Assembly (NCBI GenBank): GCA_963662585.1
Contig: OY759729.1
Coordinates: 1,408,001 to 1,472,000 of the forward strand
Source: Candidatus Cloacimonadales bacterium
GTDB taxonomy: Bacteria; Cloacimonadota; Cloacimonadia; Cloacimonadales; JAFGVF01
Direction: 5' to 3'
DNA: 64,000 bases
The notes beneath the pieces were generated by a model. That model ran no database searches. It was not told the origin of the DNA and saw only the letters and a program-made list of their open reading frames with translations. This document shows positions 40,629 through 50,219 of this stretch, piece after piece. Numbering within the stretch: position 1 is the stretch's first letter; every line of letters starts with the position of its first letter. The translations under genes were made by a program, and so were the position numbers.

Positions 40629-41531
40629 TTAAAATTTGTAAGATAGACTTAGTTTATGCACATCATCAAATCCGTTAGTCATTTGCATATAAGCATAGTC
40701 GATGTTAAAGGAATCATAATCAATACCTACACCAAAGCTGAGGTCATTAGTATCATTATTATTTTTATATCCTGTACGAAGATAGAGAATCTCGAAAGTT
40801 TTAATTTGCATACCAAAATTATAAGCCAAATCAGTATCTTGAGATTTTAGAATTTTTGCATCAAAAGCTAAGTCATAATAGTTAGACATAAATTCCTTAG
40901 AGACACCCAATTCATAATTTATTGGTAAATCTATTTTCTCTTGATCCATTTTAGCTGTTGTGCCTAAGTTCTTTACTGCTGAATAGAGTTTAACATCTTT
41001 TAGAGGTGTACTCCAGACATAACCTAAGTCAGTTGAGAAACCATAACTTGAAGCTGTTGAAATCTTCTCATAAAGAAGGCTTCCATTAATACCGAAGTAG
41101 TGAGTAGCTCCTAATCTATAAGCATAGTTAACAGTTCCTACAAAATCCATAGGAGAGTATTCACCGATTATATCTCCGGCTTCATCTCTTGTATCAATAG
41201 TTCCATAGCCTAGATTTCTAAAAGCGAATCCCCAGTGACTTTTTCTTTTATTAACGGAATAACCACCACTAATAATATCAGTATCAGCCAACCAGAAACT
41301 TTGAGAAACAGTAATAATCCTGCTTCTATTAAACAGACCAGCTGCAGGGTTACTTAAGAAGTTAAGAGCATCATCAGTAATTAAAGCTCCAGTATCTCCC
41401 ATTCCTGCCATAGCAGGACTAGAATTAATCTCTAATATTTGGAATCCATATTCCCCAGCATTTTCATGCTGAGCATTCAAGTTAGCAACAAGAATAAGCA
41501 ACGATATCACGATAATTTTTATTTTATTCAT
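40629..41531 (-). CDS. PorV/PorQ-family outer-membrane beta-barrel
   Basis: AGMGD...NPAA N-terminal motif, alternating beta-strands, RTGY, IDYAY, C-terminal Phe. Confidence 0.8.
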   Translation of the reverse strand: MNKIKIIVISLLILVANLNAQHENAGEYGFQILEINSSPAMAGMGDTGALITDDALNFLSNPAAGLFNRSRIITVSQSFWLADTDIISGGYSVNKRKSHWGFAFRNLGYGTIDTRDEAGDIIGEYSPMDFVGTVNYAYRLGATHYFGINGSLLYEKISTASSYGFSTDLGYVWSTPLKDVKLYSAVKNLGTTAKMDQEKIDLPINYELGVSKEFMSNYYDLAFDAKILKSQDTDLAYNFGMQIKTFEILYLRTGYKNNNDTNDLSFGVGIDYDSFNIDYAYMQMTNGFDDVHKLSLSYKF

Positions 41532-41543
41532 ATTATTTTCCTT

Positions 41544-44500
41544 CTATTTTTCTAAAGCAAATTTTAGTTCTTTATATTCACCTTCAGCTTTCAATCTTGC
41601 TAGATAAACGCCTGAAGAAAGTTTTTCATAAGGTAGTTCAAAGGAATTCATATTCCCAAGATAAGGATTTAGTTCTTTAGTTTTGGAATAGACTTTTTTC
41701 CCTGAAATAGTATAGATTTCCAGTTTTACCTGACATTTCCTAGAGACCATCGCTCTAAGTGTTAACTTATCATTAATGGTTGAGTTAAAAGGATTAGGAT
41801 AAATATATACTTCTCCATCAACAAAAATCTTATCAGTCTCAAAACTATTTTCTAATTCTGTATCAAATTCCACTGCATTTCTATGATAACTATTATATTC
41901 TGTGTACCAATTAGTTAATTTATCAGATAGATTAAAATCATCATCTACATCTTTAATAAAAGAGCGATTTATAGTAGCTCTATCTTGAGTGGTATAGAGA
42001 TATAATTCATTATTTTCCTCATGAAGGAAAGGATAACTTCTTCCATCACTATAATTTCCTCTAGGAAAACCAGGAAGAGTTCTACCATTTTTATCCCAGA
42101 CAGAAGTTCTGTTACGAGAGAATGAACCAATCAAATTCAAATTATTATCATTATCTAAATCTATAGCATAAGCTCCACCATAAACAATTAGAGAGTCACT
42201 TGGACTTGAGAATACCTCAAATCTACCCTTATCGATTAACTCTCCGCTATAAGATATCATCTTGATACCATCTTTATAGCCTAAGACTATATCCCATGTT
42301 CCGTTTCTATCATAGTCAGCAATCGACGGAATAGCATTAGAGAGAACTGTAGATTCAATGTAGTTAATTCTTGAGTAATCTGTACTTGTGAAAGTATAGA
42401 ACCCGTAAGGACCTTGTACGACTAACTCTAAAGCTTCATAGGAAGGATTAAAGTCAAAGAGTAAAATATTGCTTATTAATGAATCTGCTGGAATATCTAA
42501 TGCTAACCTCTCAATTTCACCTTCTTCTTCATCAATAAAGTTTAGGAAATAGTCATCACTCTTAGTAACAACCATAATTTTATCTGCATAAATCAGATTA
42601 GATTTCATTTTTCCAGTAATTGATAGATTAGTTAAGACTGTTAAATCACTATCAAGAACTTTAAGCAGGCCTCGATCACTATCAACATCACTTAAAGCAC
42701 AAAAATACTTATAGTTATTATCATCTTCCCCTTTATGAATAATGACAGGGGATGTCCAGCTATAACCTGCTTGCGCGAAAGCATTACTTATTTCTTGGCC
42801 ATTATAGAAGCTTAAGACTGCCTCAGCTGAAGGTATAATTTGTTGCGTAGGTAAAAGAAGTTTATTACTAATTTCATCATAACTTTGATAACGGAAAAGA
42901 TTCTCCTCTAAAGGTAAATTCGCTATAACTTCATCATTCTCGAAAACAGTTAAAGTTCTGCCATTAGCGAGAATAATTTCATTTAGATTATTGTTGTTCA
43001 TATCTAAAGATATAGCTGGAAAATTATTTATGCCGTTATAAGTTGTTGATAAGTTCCATTCAAATTCGACATTAAAGGACATCTTATTACTAGCATCAGA
43101 AATATTGGAAATTTCAAAGGGAATTCCTCCATAATAACTTTCAGCACTTGGAAGATGAGTTAACCCTGTGTTTGGAATTGGACTAAACCCAATATAGCTA
43201 TTTACAGATGCTCTAAAGGCATCTTCAGGACCACCATATCCATAAATTGAGTTATTGGGATTAGCATCTAAATGTTGAATACCATCAGCTTCTTCTAAAT
43301 CAACACCTTTATGATTAGCATCTCCATTTATTCTACTAAGACCTATTTCTGGATCAAAATTCTCTTCAATGATAAATTCATCGATGTGCCAGATTAATAA
43401 ACCTGAACCATCAACTGGCATATAACCACCACCAGAATAACCTGGTAAGAAGAAATCCCATTCACAACCTTTAAGACGACTTTTCATAAAATCAAATTTA
43501 GGAACCAGCTCCCACTGTCCTTCACCAAGAGGGTAATACTCTTGTTCTCCTTCAGGAAGAAGAGGGAATGTGAAGTTTGCTACACCATTTAAAGTAGAAT
43601 TATCAGGGTTTTGAGCTCTATTTTCAATAAGAAAATACTCTTTTTCAGACATATTAATCTTGTATAATTGAGGAGAATTGGGATTTTTATCTAGAAAAGC
43701 ATCAATTTCATTATTATAAGTATCAGTAGTTATCTCTACAGGATTTTCCCAGCCAAGATAATATCTTGACCAAGCAGATAATTGAGCAGGAGTATAACCA
43801 TTAGCATTCCAAGCTCCTGAGCCCATTATCCCCCAATTTCCAATACCTGCAGATGAACCATTTTCAGATATGTTATCGCTTAAATTAGGTAAACCCATTG
43901 CGTAACCAAAACCAGATGCAAGAACACCTAAGTTACCATAAGGTAGCTGAGAACCATCTTCAGGGAAATAATCTTGCCACTGGTGTTCAGGGGCAATTAC
44001 AAAATCAGTTACAAATGTTCCATCAGCAGGAATTCCTAAATAATCATCATTCTCAGGATCTAAACCTAGTTGTAAGTTTCTGCGTGATAAGAAAGTACTC
44101 CAAAGCAAGCCTGGTCTCTCTTTATAAATATCAGATTCTTGCCCTGCTCCAGCATGGAAGACAATAAAAGTATCCCAATTATTAAAATCAATTATACTAT
44201 CTGATTTTTGCACAATCTCTTGAGCAAATTCAGCTATTCTTTGCCTTGTATCATCGTCTGAACCATAATAACTCATAGGATTATCTAAAGTTATTACTTG
44301 AGGATAAAACTGATAGTTAAGGATATATTGTTGATGAGAAGCATCGTAAAGATAATCTCCTAATTGGAGCATATATCTATCAAAAAATGCTTGATCATGG
44401 ACTAAAGAGTCTGGATAAGAAGGTTCTGACACTAGACTAACATCACTAAACTGAACTAAATAGACTAGCACATTTTCCGGAAGTTCTTTGGCTCCATTTT

Positions 44501-44639
44501 TGCTCTCTCGAGGAAATTTTTCCGAAGGGAAGGTCATATAGTTTGATACCGGGTTACTCATCATTGGATGAGGTATTACCTCTCCAACTAAAGCTATTAC
44601 TATCAAAAGTAATAAGGTTATAGTTGAAATCTTTTTCAT
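41544..44639 (-). CDS. M6 (immune inhibitor A)-like metalloprotease homolog lacking HExxH, with FG-GAP-like repeats and CTD
   Basis: FHAGAG, WGIMGSG.W, SAWSR..LGW, EYFLIENR, GLLIWHID and VDLEEADG motifs; the zinc-motif position reads SGFGY. Confidence 0.82.
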   Translation of the reverse strand: MKKISTITLLLLIVIALVGEVIPHPMMSNPVSNYMTFPSEKFPRESKNGAKELPENVLVYLVQFSDVSLVSEPSYPDSLVHDQAFFDRYMLQLGDYLYDASHQQYILNYQFYPQVITLDNPMSYYGSDDDTRQRIAEFAQEIVQKSDSIIDFNNWDTFIVFHAGAGQESDIYKERPGLLWSTFLSRRNLQLGLDPENDDYLGIPADGTFVTDFVIAPEHQWQDYFPEDGSQLPYGNLGVLASGFGYAMGLPNLSDNISENGSSAGIGNWGIMGSGAWNANGYTPAQLSAWSRYYLGWENPVEITTDTYNNEIDAFLDKNPNSPQLYKINMSEKEYFLIENRAQNPDNSTLNGVANFTFPLLPEGEQEYYPLGEGQWELVPKFDFMKSRLKGCEWDFFLPGYSGGGYMPVDGSGLLIWHIDEFIIEENFDPEIGLSRINGDANHKGVDLEEADGIQHLDANPNNSIYGYGGPEDAFRASVNSYIGFSPIPNTGLTHLPSAESYYGGIPFEISNISDASNKMSFNVEFEWNLSTTYNGINNFPAISLDMNNNNLNEIILANGRTLTVFENDEVIANLPLEENLFRYQSYDEISNKLLLPTQQIIPSAEAVLSFYNGQEISNAFAQAGYSWTSPVIIHKGEDDNNYKYFCALSDVDSDRGLLKVLDSDLTVLTNLSITGKMKSNLIYADKIMVVTKSDDYFLNFIDEEEGEIERLALDIPADSLISNILLFDFNPSYEALELVVQGPYGFYTFTSTDYSRINYIESTVLSNAIPSIADYDRNGTWDIVLGYKDGIKMISYSGELIDKGRFEVFSSPSDSLIVYGGAYAIDLDNDNNLNLIGSFSRNRTSVWDKNGRTLPGFPRGNYSDGRSYPFLHEENNELYLYTTQDRATINRSFIKDVDDDFNLSDKLTNWYTEYNSYHRNAVEFDTELENSFETDKIFVDGEVYIYPNPFNSTINDKLTLRAMVSRKCQVKLEIYTISGKKVYSKTKELNPYLGNMNSFELPYEKLSSGVYLARLKAEGEYKELKFALEK

Positions 44640-44963
44640 TTTTGCTCCTATTTTTCAATTCTTTTTAGGGAATTCCCTACAAATTATCATCGCCGGTTAT
44701 CAATTATTCTATATTTTTCTCCTTAGATTATTCCTATATTATATAATTAAGTACTATGATTGCAAATGCTATGAATTTAGTCAATTATTTTCTCTATAAA
44801 AAAGAGTATTCTCACTGAGACTCTTCAATTATCCTAACATAATTAAGAATTAACCATGCCTCACAAAGATAAACTCGCTCTTGGGATTAACCAATATTCT
44901 CATTCTTATGAAGAAATGGCAACCTTTCAAATCCCTTTCCAGCTTATTAGTCCATAAAATACA

Positions 44964-45224
44964 TTATTTGTGTTTAATTACATGTTTTAGAATGCCAGAC
45001 CTCAGAGCATTTACCTTGTCAAAATCGCTTTCAATCACCTCAAAGTCCTGAAATATTCCAGCCTTAACTTTAGCAACAATAGTGATCTCTCCTTCAAGCT
45101 TAAGCAGATAATAAGTAGTTTCATCCTCTGGGTGATACCAGACTTCATGGGGGTTAGTCAAAGCTTCATCTATGGAATACATATAAGCCATTTTCTTTTT
45201 CAAAGCCTCAAGATTATCTATCAT
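44964..45224 (-). CDS. Small protein, possibly PBECR2-like nuclease fold
   Basis: ALTNPHEVW...YYL...LRSG pattern; AGGAG RBS. Confidence 0.5.
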   Translation of the reverse strand: MIDNLEALKKKMAYMYSIDEALTNPHEVWYHPEDETTYYLLKLEGEITIVAKVKAGIFQDFEVIESDFDKVNALRSGILKHVIKHK

Positions 45225-45261
45225 TTTTACTCCTATGTTAGAACAGATAGTAGTATTTAAT

Positions 45262-46080
45262 TTAATGATTTTTTTTCAGAGAATCTAATTTCTGTAAATT
45301 AAGTAGATGCATTTTCTCGACCCAAAATAGGTCATTTTTATTAGCAGGGTAACACTCTCTCAAAGTAATAGAACTTTCTTGGCAAGATTGCGAACCTGTC
45401 TTAGAGTGTTTGAGTAATAAGTTCTGAAGATAGATAATATCTTTTTCTATTTTACTTTTATCGCAAGCTAGTCCATGGCCTGGGATAATAGTTTCAGGGT
45501 TATGTTTAGCAAGACTTTCTAGTTCTGCTAGCAGTTCTTGAGCATTTCCCCAATAAAAGTAAGGAATTGCTATTTTATTATCATTGGAATTTAGGACATT
45601 GTCTCCTGTCCAATAGATATTATATTTACTGGAATATATTCTAGTAGAGTCATCCGAATGCCCTGGTGCATGTGAAATCACTAAATCAAAATCAGCAATT
45701 TCCAATCTATCTGAGAATGTTATATTAGGACATCTTAAGAGCTTTTTATTGATGATATTTACTTTTTCTGGAGCTATTATATTTTTCTCTTTTTCAATAG
45801 TATTCCAATATGATTGATGAGCAATAATAAGGGAATTAAAGGAGTCAAAGAATCTATTTCCATAACAATGATCACTATGCCAATGGGTATTAACAATATA
45901 CTTTACAGCTTTATTTTTGGCTAAGCAAAATTCATATAATTCTTTAGAATCTTTTGGAAGAAGCAGGCTATCTATAACCAAGAGAGAATCTCTATTTTCA
46001 ATCACAGTTGCATTTAGAAATGAGTTTTTAGCTTGCAGAATTGTGATTTGCTCATTAATTTCTATTATTTTATTCATCAT
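45262..46080 (-). CDS. MBL-fold metallo-hydrolase
   Basis: THWHSDH, PGHS, TGD and IPGHG motifs. Confidence 0.88.
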   Translation of the reverse strand: MMNKIIEINEQITILQAKNSFLNATVIENRDSLLVIDSLLLPKDSKELYEFCLAKNKAVKYIVNTHWHSDHCYGNRFFDSFNSLIIAHQSYWNTIEKEKNIIAPEKVNIINKKLLRCPNITFSDRLEIADFDLVISHAPGHSDDSTRIYSSKYNIYWTGDNVLNSNDNKIAIPYFYWGNAQELLAELESLAKHNPETIIPGHGLACDKSKIEKDIIYLQNLLLKHSKTGSQSCQESSITLRECYPANKNDLFWVEKMHLLNLQKLDSLKKNH

Positions 46081-46696
46081 TATTTCCTGATCCATAATGG
46101 ATTAAATCTATTATTTTAACAACCATATTTCTCAAATTAAATTGATGCCCCTTTAAAACCCACTGGGTCAAGACAAAGTCCATTGCACCAATTACAGTGA
46201 GGGCAAAAGCTTCTGCAGAAACATCTCTGAATTTCCGATTTTCAATTCCTTCATTGTAGATTTCTTTCATAAATTCACGATACTCATCAAAAATTGAGTA
46301 CTGGGGATATTTATTATAGTATTCTTTAATCTGCCTTATATCTTCAATTAAGAACTTTGCAATTTGAGGATTTTGAGTAAAAACAATGGCATGAATATCA
46401 AAAAACTTCAATATTTTTGTTTTGACATCTGGTTCTTTAGCTGTTATCTGTTTAACTTCTACCAATTTGTTATGTAAACTCTCTGTTAATGCTCTCATCA
46501 TTACATCTTCTTTAGAGGAAAAATAGGTATAAACAGTGCCATCTGCCACCTTTGCTTCAGTAGCAATATCTTTCATTTTTGTTTTGGCATAACCCTTTTC
46601 TGAAAGAAGCTTGATAGCTGCATTAATAATTCTTTCTCTCTTCTTTCTCTTTTTTTGAGCAATATGACTTTCAGCTTTTGCTTCATTGTTCTTCAT
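46070..46696 (-). CDS. TetR/AcrR family regulator (FadR-like)
   Basis: IINAAIKLLSEKGY..T...IA..A.VADGTVYTYF.SKE. Confidence 0.9.
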   Translation of the reverse strand: MKNNEAKAESHIAQKKRKKRERIINAAIKLLSEKGYAKTKMKDIATEAKVADGTVYTYFSSKEDVMMRALTESLHNKLVEVKQITAKEPDVKTKILKFFDIHAIVFTQNPQIAKFLIEDIRQIKEYYNKYPQYSIFDEYREFMKEIYNEGIENRKFRDVSAEAFALTVIGAMDFVLTQWVLKGHQFNLRNMVVKIIDLIHYGSGNNDE

Positions 46697-46832
46697 AAAT
46701 ACATCCTGAATATTGAGTATAATTATCTTGTAAGTAAGGGAAAATCTGTCAATAGATTATTGGATTGGAAGAGAAAAAGTAGCTAATTTTATGATTTTCA
46801 CAGCGACATCCCTTTGTCTTAGCCTGCACTAA

Positions 46833-46914
46833 CCTTGCTCCTTCACACTCAACAGGAACATTATTTGAAATATATCTGTCTTGAGTGAGAAGGAGCAAGG
46901 GAAGAGCACTTGAT
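46833..46914. repeat. Dispersed long-hairpin element, copy 3 (best preserved)
   Basis: 20-bp inverted repeat with 1 mismatch (46833-46852 / 46881-46900), 28-nt loop, tail gaagagcacttgat. Confidence 0.75.
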
Positions 46915-46985
46915 ATGCCATTAATAATCCTAAGACAGACTAAGCTTATAAGTCAGATAATACAATTTACTTTGGGTTAAAAGAA

Positions 46986-47020
46986 AGAGGTAGTCAATAT
47001 TTTTATATATGACTACCTCT
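46986..47020 (-). terminator. Terminator downstream of hppA
   Basis: agaggtagtca / tgactacctct with an A-rich flank on the plus strand. Confidence 0.7.
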
Positions 47021-47041
47021 ATATATAGTAATTATATTTTA

Positions 47042-49387
47042 TTAAAAATCTTCTTTTTTATCAACTGGAATAGTGCTACTTTCCTGCTTCTCAAATTTAG
47101 CTTCTGCTTGGCCTTCCCATTGAGCCATATCTTTCAAGGTTTCTACTTTGGGATTATTCTGCATTAGCATAAGATTTAATTCCGTGCTACCCTTATCATA
47201 AAGATTTTCAATATAAGGAGAGTAGGAGATAATTAAACCAGCAAATATAATTGAGACAATACTCATTAATTTAATAAGAATATTTAAGGAAGGACCTGCA
47301 GTATCTTTAAGTGGATCTCCAACAGTATCACCAACGATAGAAGCTTTGTGAGCATCAGAGTTTTTTCCACCAAATTGACCTGTTTCCACAAACTTCTTAG
47401 CATTATCCCAAGCACCCCCAGAATTATTCATCAAAATAGCTAATACCAATCCTGAGATAAGAGTGCCTACCAAAAGTCCTAAAACTCCTGGAATACCCAA
47501 AATTAAACCTATAATAATTGGAGTAACAATAGCCAACATAGCTGGTTTTACCATTTCGCGTTGAGCACCTTTAGTGGAAATTAAAACACATCTTTTATAA
47601 TCTGGGGTTGTTTTCCCCTCTAATATTCCTGGTATTTCCTTAAACTGTCTTCTCACTTCTTTAACCATATCACCCGCAGCATTTCCGACAGCCTTGATAG
47701 TGAAAGCAGCAAAAAGAAAAGATATCATTGAGCCAATGAAGGCACCAACTAAAAGTTTTGGATTCATAAGATTAATTTGATAGTGAAGCATAAAATCTGA
47801 AACACCAGCAACCCTTAAACTTAAGCCATTAATCAATTGCTGAGGCTCTATACGCATTAAAGAGACTCTTATCTCTTCAATATAAGCAGCAAGAAGTGCC
47901 ATTGCGGTTAGAGCTGCGGAACCAATAGCGAAGCCTTTGCCTGTTGCAGCTGTAGTGTTTCCTACCGCATCTAAAGCATCAGTTCTACTTCTAACAATTT
48001 CAGGAAGAGCTGACATCTCTGCGTTTCCACCTGCATTATCAGCAATAGGACCGAATGCATCCATGGCTAAAGTTACACCTAAAGTTGCAAGCATACCAAC
48101 TGCCCCAAAACCTATTCCGTAAAGACCTAATTCTATAGAAGACCAGCCTCCACTAGCACTAAAAGCAATTAATATTGCTGTTGCAATAATAAGAACTGGA
48201 GCTGCTGTAGATTTCATTCCTACTGCTAAACCATCGATAATAACAGTAGCAGGACCATATTCACCTTGTTTTGCAATTCCTTGAGTAGGCGCATAAGAAT
48301 CAGAAGTGTATCTTTCAGTAGAGTAACCAATTAATATTCCCGCAATTAATCCAGTAATACTAGCGATAAAAACCCCTAAGTAAATTGAAGGATGAAGTAA
48401 TAATTTGCAAATAATCCCAGAAGCAATAGCTATCAGTGCTGAGCTAACATAAACACTTTTATTCAAAGCTAAAAGTAAATCCTTACTTGTGGCATTATCT
48501 TTAGTAGAGACCATATAAATACCAATAATCGAGAGGATTATACCAACTCCAGCTAAAATCATCGGAGCGATAACAAAGTTTAATCCCCACTGAGCTTGAA
48601 AATCAGCTCCAAATTGAATTACAGCTGCCATACCTAGAGCAGAAGTAGCGAGTATGGAACCTACATAAGATTCAAAAAGGTCGGCCCCCATTCCAGCTAC
48701 ATCACCAACATTATCGCCAACATTATCAGCAATGGTTGCAGGATTTCTAGGATCATCTTCAGGGATTCCAGCTTCAACTTTACCAACTAAGTCAGCTCCG
48801 ACATCTGCAGCTTTGGTGTAAATTCCTCCACCTAATCTAGCAAAGAGAGCTTGGGTAGAAGCCCCCATTCCAAAAGAAAGCATAACAACGGTTATTTTAT
48901 GTAAATCCATACCAATCATATTTAGAATATAGAACCAACCAGAGATAAAAATCAAAGCTAAACCAACAACAACTAAACCCATAACTGAGCCAGCTCTGAA
49001 AGCAACTTTTAAGCCTCTATTAAGACTTTTACTACAGGCTTGAGCTGTTCTTGAAGAGGCCATGGTAGCAGTTTTCATTCCGATAAATCCGGCTAAGCCA
49101 CTGAATAATCCACCAGTAACAAAGGCAATAGGAACCCAAGTATTAAGGATGTTTAAGCCCCATGCCATAAGATTAAAAATTATAAAGGCAATTAAAAAGA
49201 AAATACTAACGCCGATGTATTGTTGCTTTAAATAAGCAAAAGCTCCGTCTTTAATGTAGCCGGCAATCTCTTGCATTCTTTCATTACCGGGATCATGTTT
49301 TTTAACCTCTGCATAGAAAATATAAGCGAAAATAAGTGCTAGTATTGAACCAAATGGGGCAATAAACCAATACCATGGTAGATTCAT
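47042..49387 (-). CDS. hppA: Membrane-bound ion-translocating pyrophosphatase, K+-dependent type (likely Na+-PPase)
   Basis: [35 protein letters not shown] (Ala = K+-dependent), [10 protein letters not shown]; start MNLPW at 49387. Confidence 0.93.
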   Translation of the reverse strand: MNLPWYWFIAPFGSILALIFAYIFYAEVKKHDPGNERMQEIAGYIKDGAFAYLKQQYIGVSIFFLIAFIIFNLMAWGLNILNTWVPIAFVTGGLFSGLAGFIGMKTATMASSRTAQACSKSLNRGLKVAFRAGSVMGLVVVGLALIFISGWFYILNMIGMDLHKITVVMLSFGMGASTQALFARLGGGIYTKAADVGADLVGKVEAGIPEDDPRNPATIADNVGDNVGDVAGMGADLFESYVGSILATSALGMAAVIQFGADFQAQWGLNFVIAPMILAGVGIILSIIGIYMVSTKDNATSKDLLLALNKSVYVSSALIAIASGIICKLLLHPSIYLGVFIASITGLIAGILIGYSTERYTSDSYAPTQGIAKQGEYGPATVIIDGLAVGMKSTAAPVLIIATAILIAFSASGGWSSIELGLYGIGFGAVGMLATLGVTLAMDAFGPIADNAGGNAEMSALPEIVRSRTDALDAVGNTTAATGKGFAIGSAALTAMALLAAYIEEIRVSLMRIEPQQLINGLSLRVAGVSDFMLHYQINLMNPKLLVGAFIGSMISFLFAAFTIKAVGNAAGDMVKEVRRQFKEIPGILEGKTTPDYKRCVLISTKGAQREMVKPAMLAIVTPIIIGLILGIPGVLGLLVGTLISGLVLAILMNNSGGAWDNAKKFVETGQFGGKNSDAHKASIVGDTVGDPLKDTAGPSLNILIKLMSIVSIIFAGLIISYSPYIENLYDKGSTELNLMLMQNNPKVETLKDMAQWEGQAEAKFEKQESSTIPVDKKEDF

Positions 49388-49571
49388 AGTTACTCCTAAG
49401 TTATTAATATTTCTGTTCAAAAACATATATTATAGTGTGGTGTATAGCTTTCAAACAGGACCTGATATTTGCATGAGCAAGTAATATCATTAAATACTCA
49501 TGAATAAACAAATTATAGCTAATTCTTTGATAATGTCAATAGTTTTTTCTCAAAGAAGTCAAAAAAGATTG

Positions 49572-50219
49572 TTAAAGTAAGTCCTTTATGTACTTTAGAT
49601 ATCTTGCTGTTAATCCCCATATTTTCTCATTTTGCCATTCTGTGTAAAATACACTATAGTTTTTTTTACCCCATTCTCCTTGATATCTCTGCGGAAGTCC
49701 CAACTTTTCCACAGGAAGAAGAAGTGGATCAGATGATGAATCTCCTGAGTAATTTGTTGAATTAATTTGATAATGTTGAAAATTTAGAGTTTTAAGCTGG
49801 GCCAGAGGAATAGCAAAAACCCTCTCAACTTCGGCAAGATTAATGGCAAGTTCTGAGAAGGTTACTTTTTCAATGTTACCAATAAAAGCATCAATGAGTT
49901 TTCCATCTGGGGTAATGAGTCGGGGAAGTCTACTGATAATTTTAATCTTATCAACAGAGATACCTAATTCTTCAGAAGTTTCTCTTATAGCAGTCATCAA
50001 AGGGTTATGGGCTTCATTGACTTCAACTCTTCCACCTGGAAAGCAGATTTCCCCTCCTTGAGGGATATCCAAAGTCCTTTTTTCAAAGAGAAGAGAGCTT
50101 TTCCCTTCAATATCAATAAGAGGAAGAAAGATAGCTGAGTGTCTAAACTCATCATAATTTATAACTTCTGGATGATAAGAGATAAGTGATTGGGTTAATT
50201 TAGTAAGTAAATTCTTCAT
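49572..50219 (-). CDS. CoA pyrophosphatase (Nudix)
   Basis: GEICFPGG...AIRETSEELG, IWGLTA; start at 50219. Confidence 0.88.
   Translation of the reverse strand: MKNLLTKLTQSLISYHPEVINYDEFRHSAIFLPLIDIEGKSSLLFEKRTLDIPQGGEICFPGGRVEVNEAHNPLMTAIRETSEELGISVDKIKIISRLPRLITPDGKLIDAFIGNIEKVTFSELAINLAEVERVFAIPLAQLKTLNFQHYQINSTNYSGDSSSDPLLLPVEKLGLPQRYQGEWGKKNYSVFYTEWQNEKIWGLTARYLKYIKDLL

Noticed and set aside
47042..47062. HppA and the ECF sigma both end in KKEDF
   Set aside because: A five-residue match in AT-rich codons between proteins in unrelated contexts is most likely chance.
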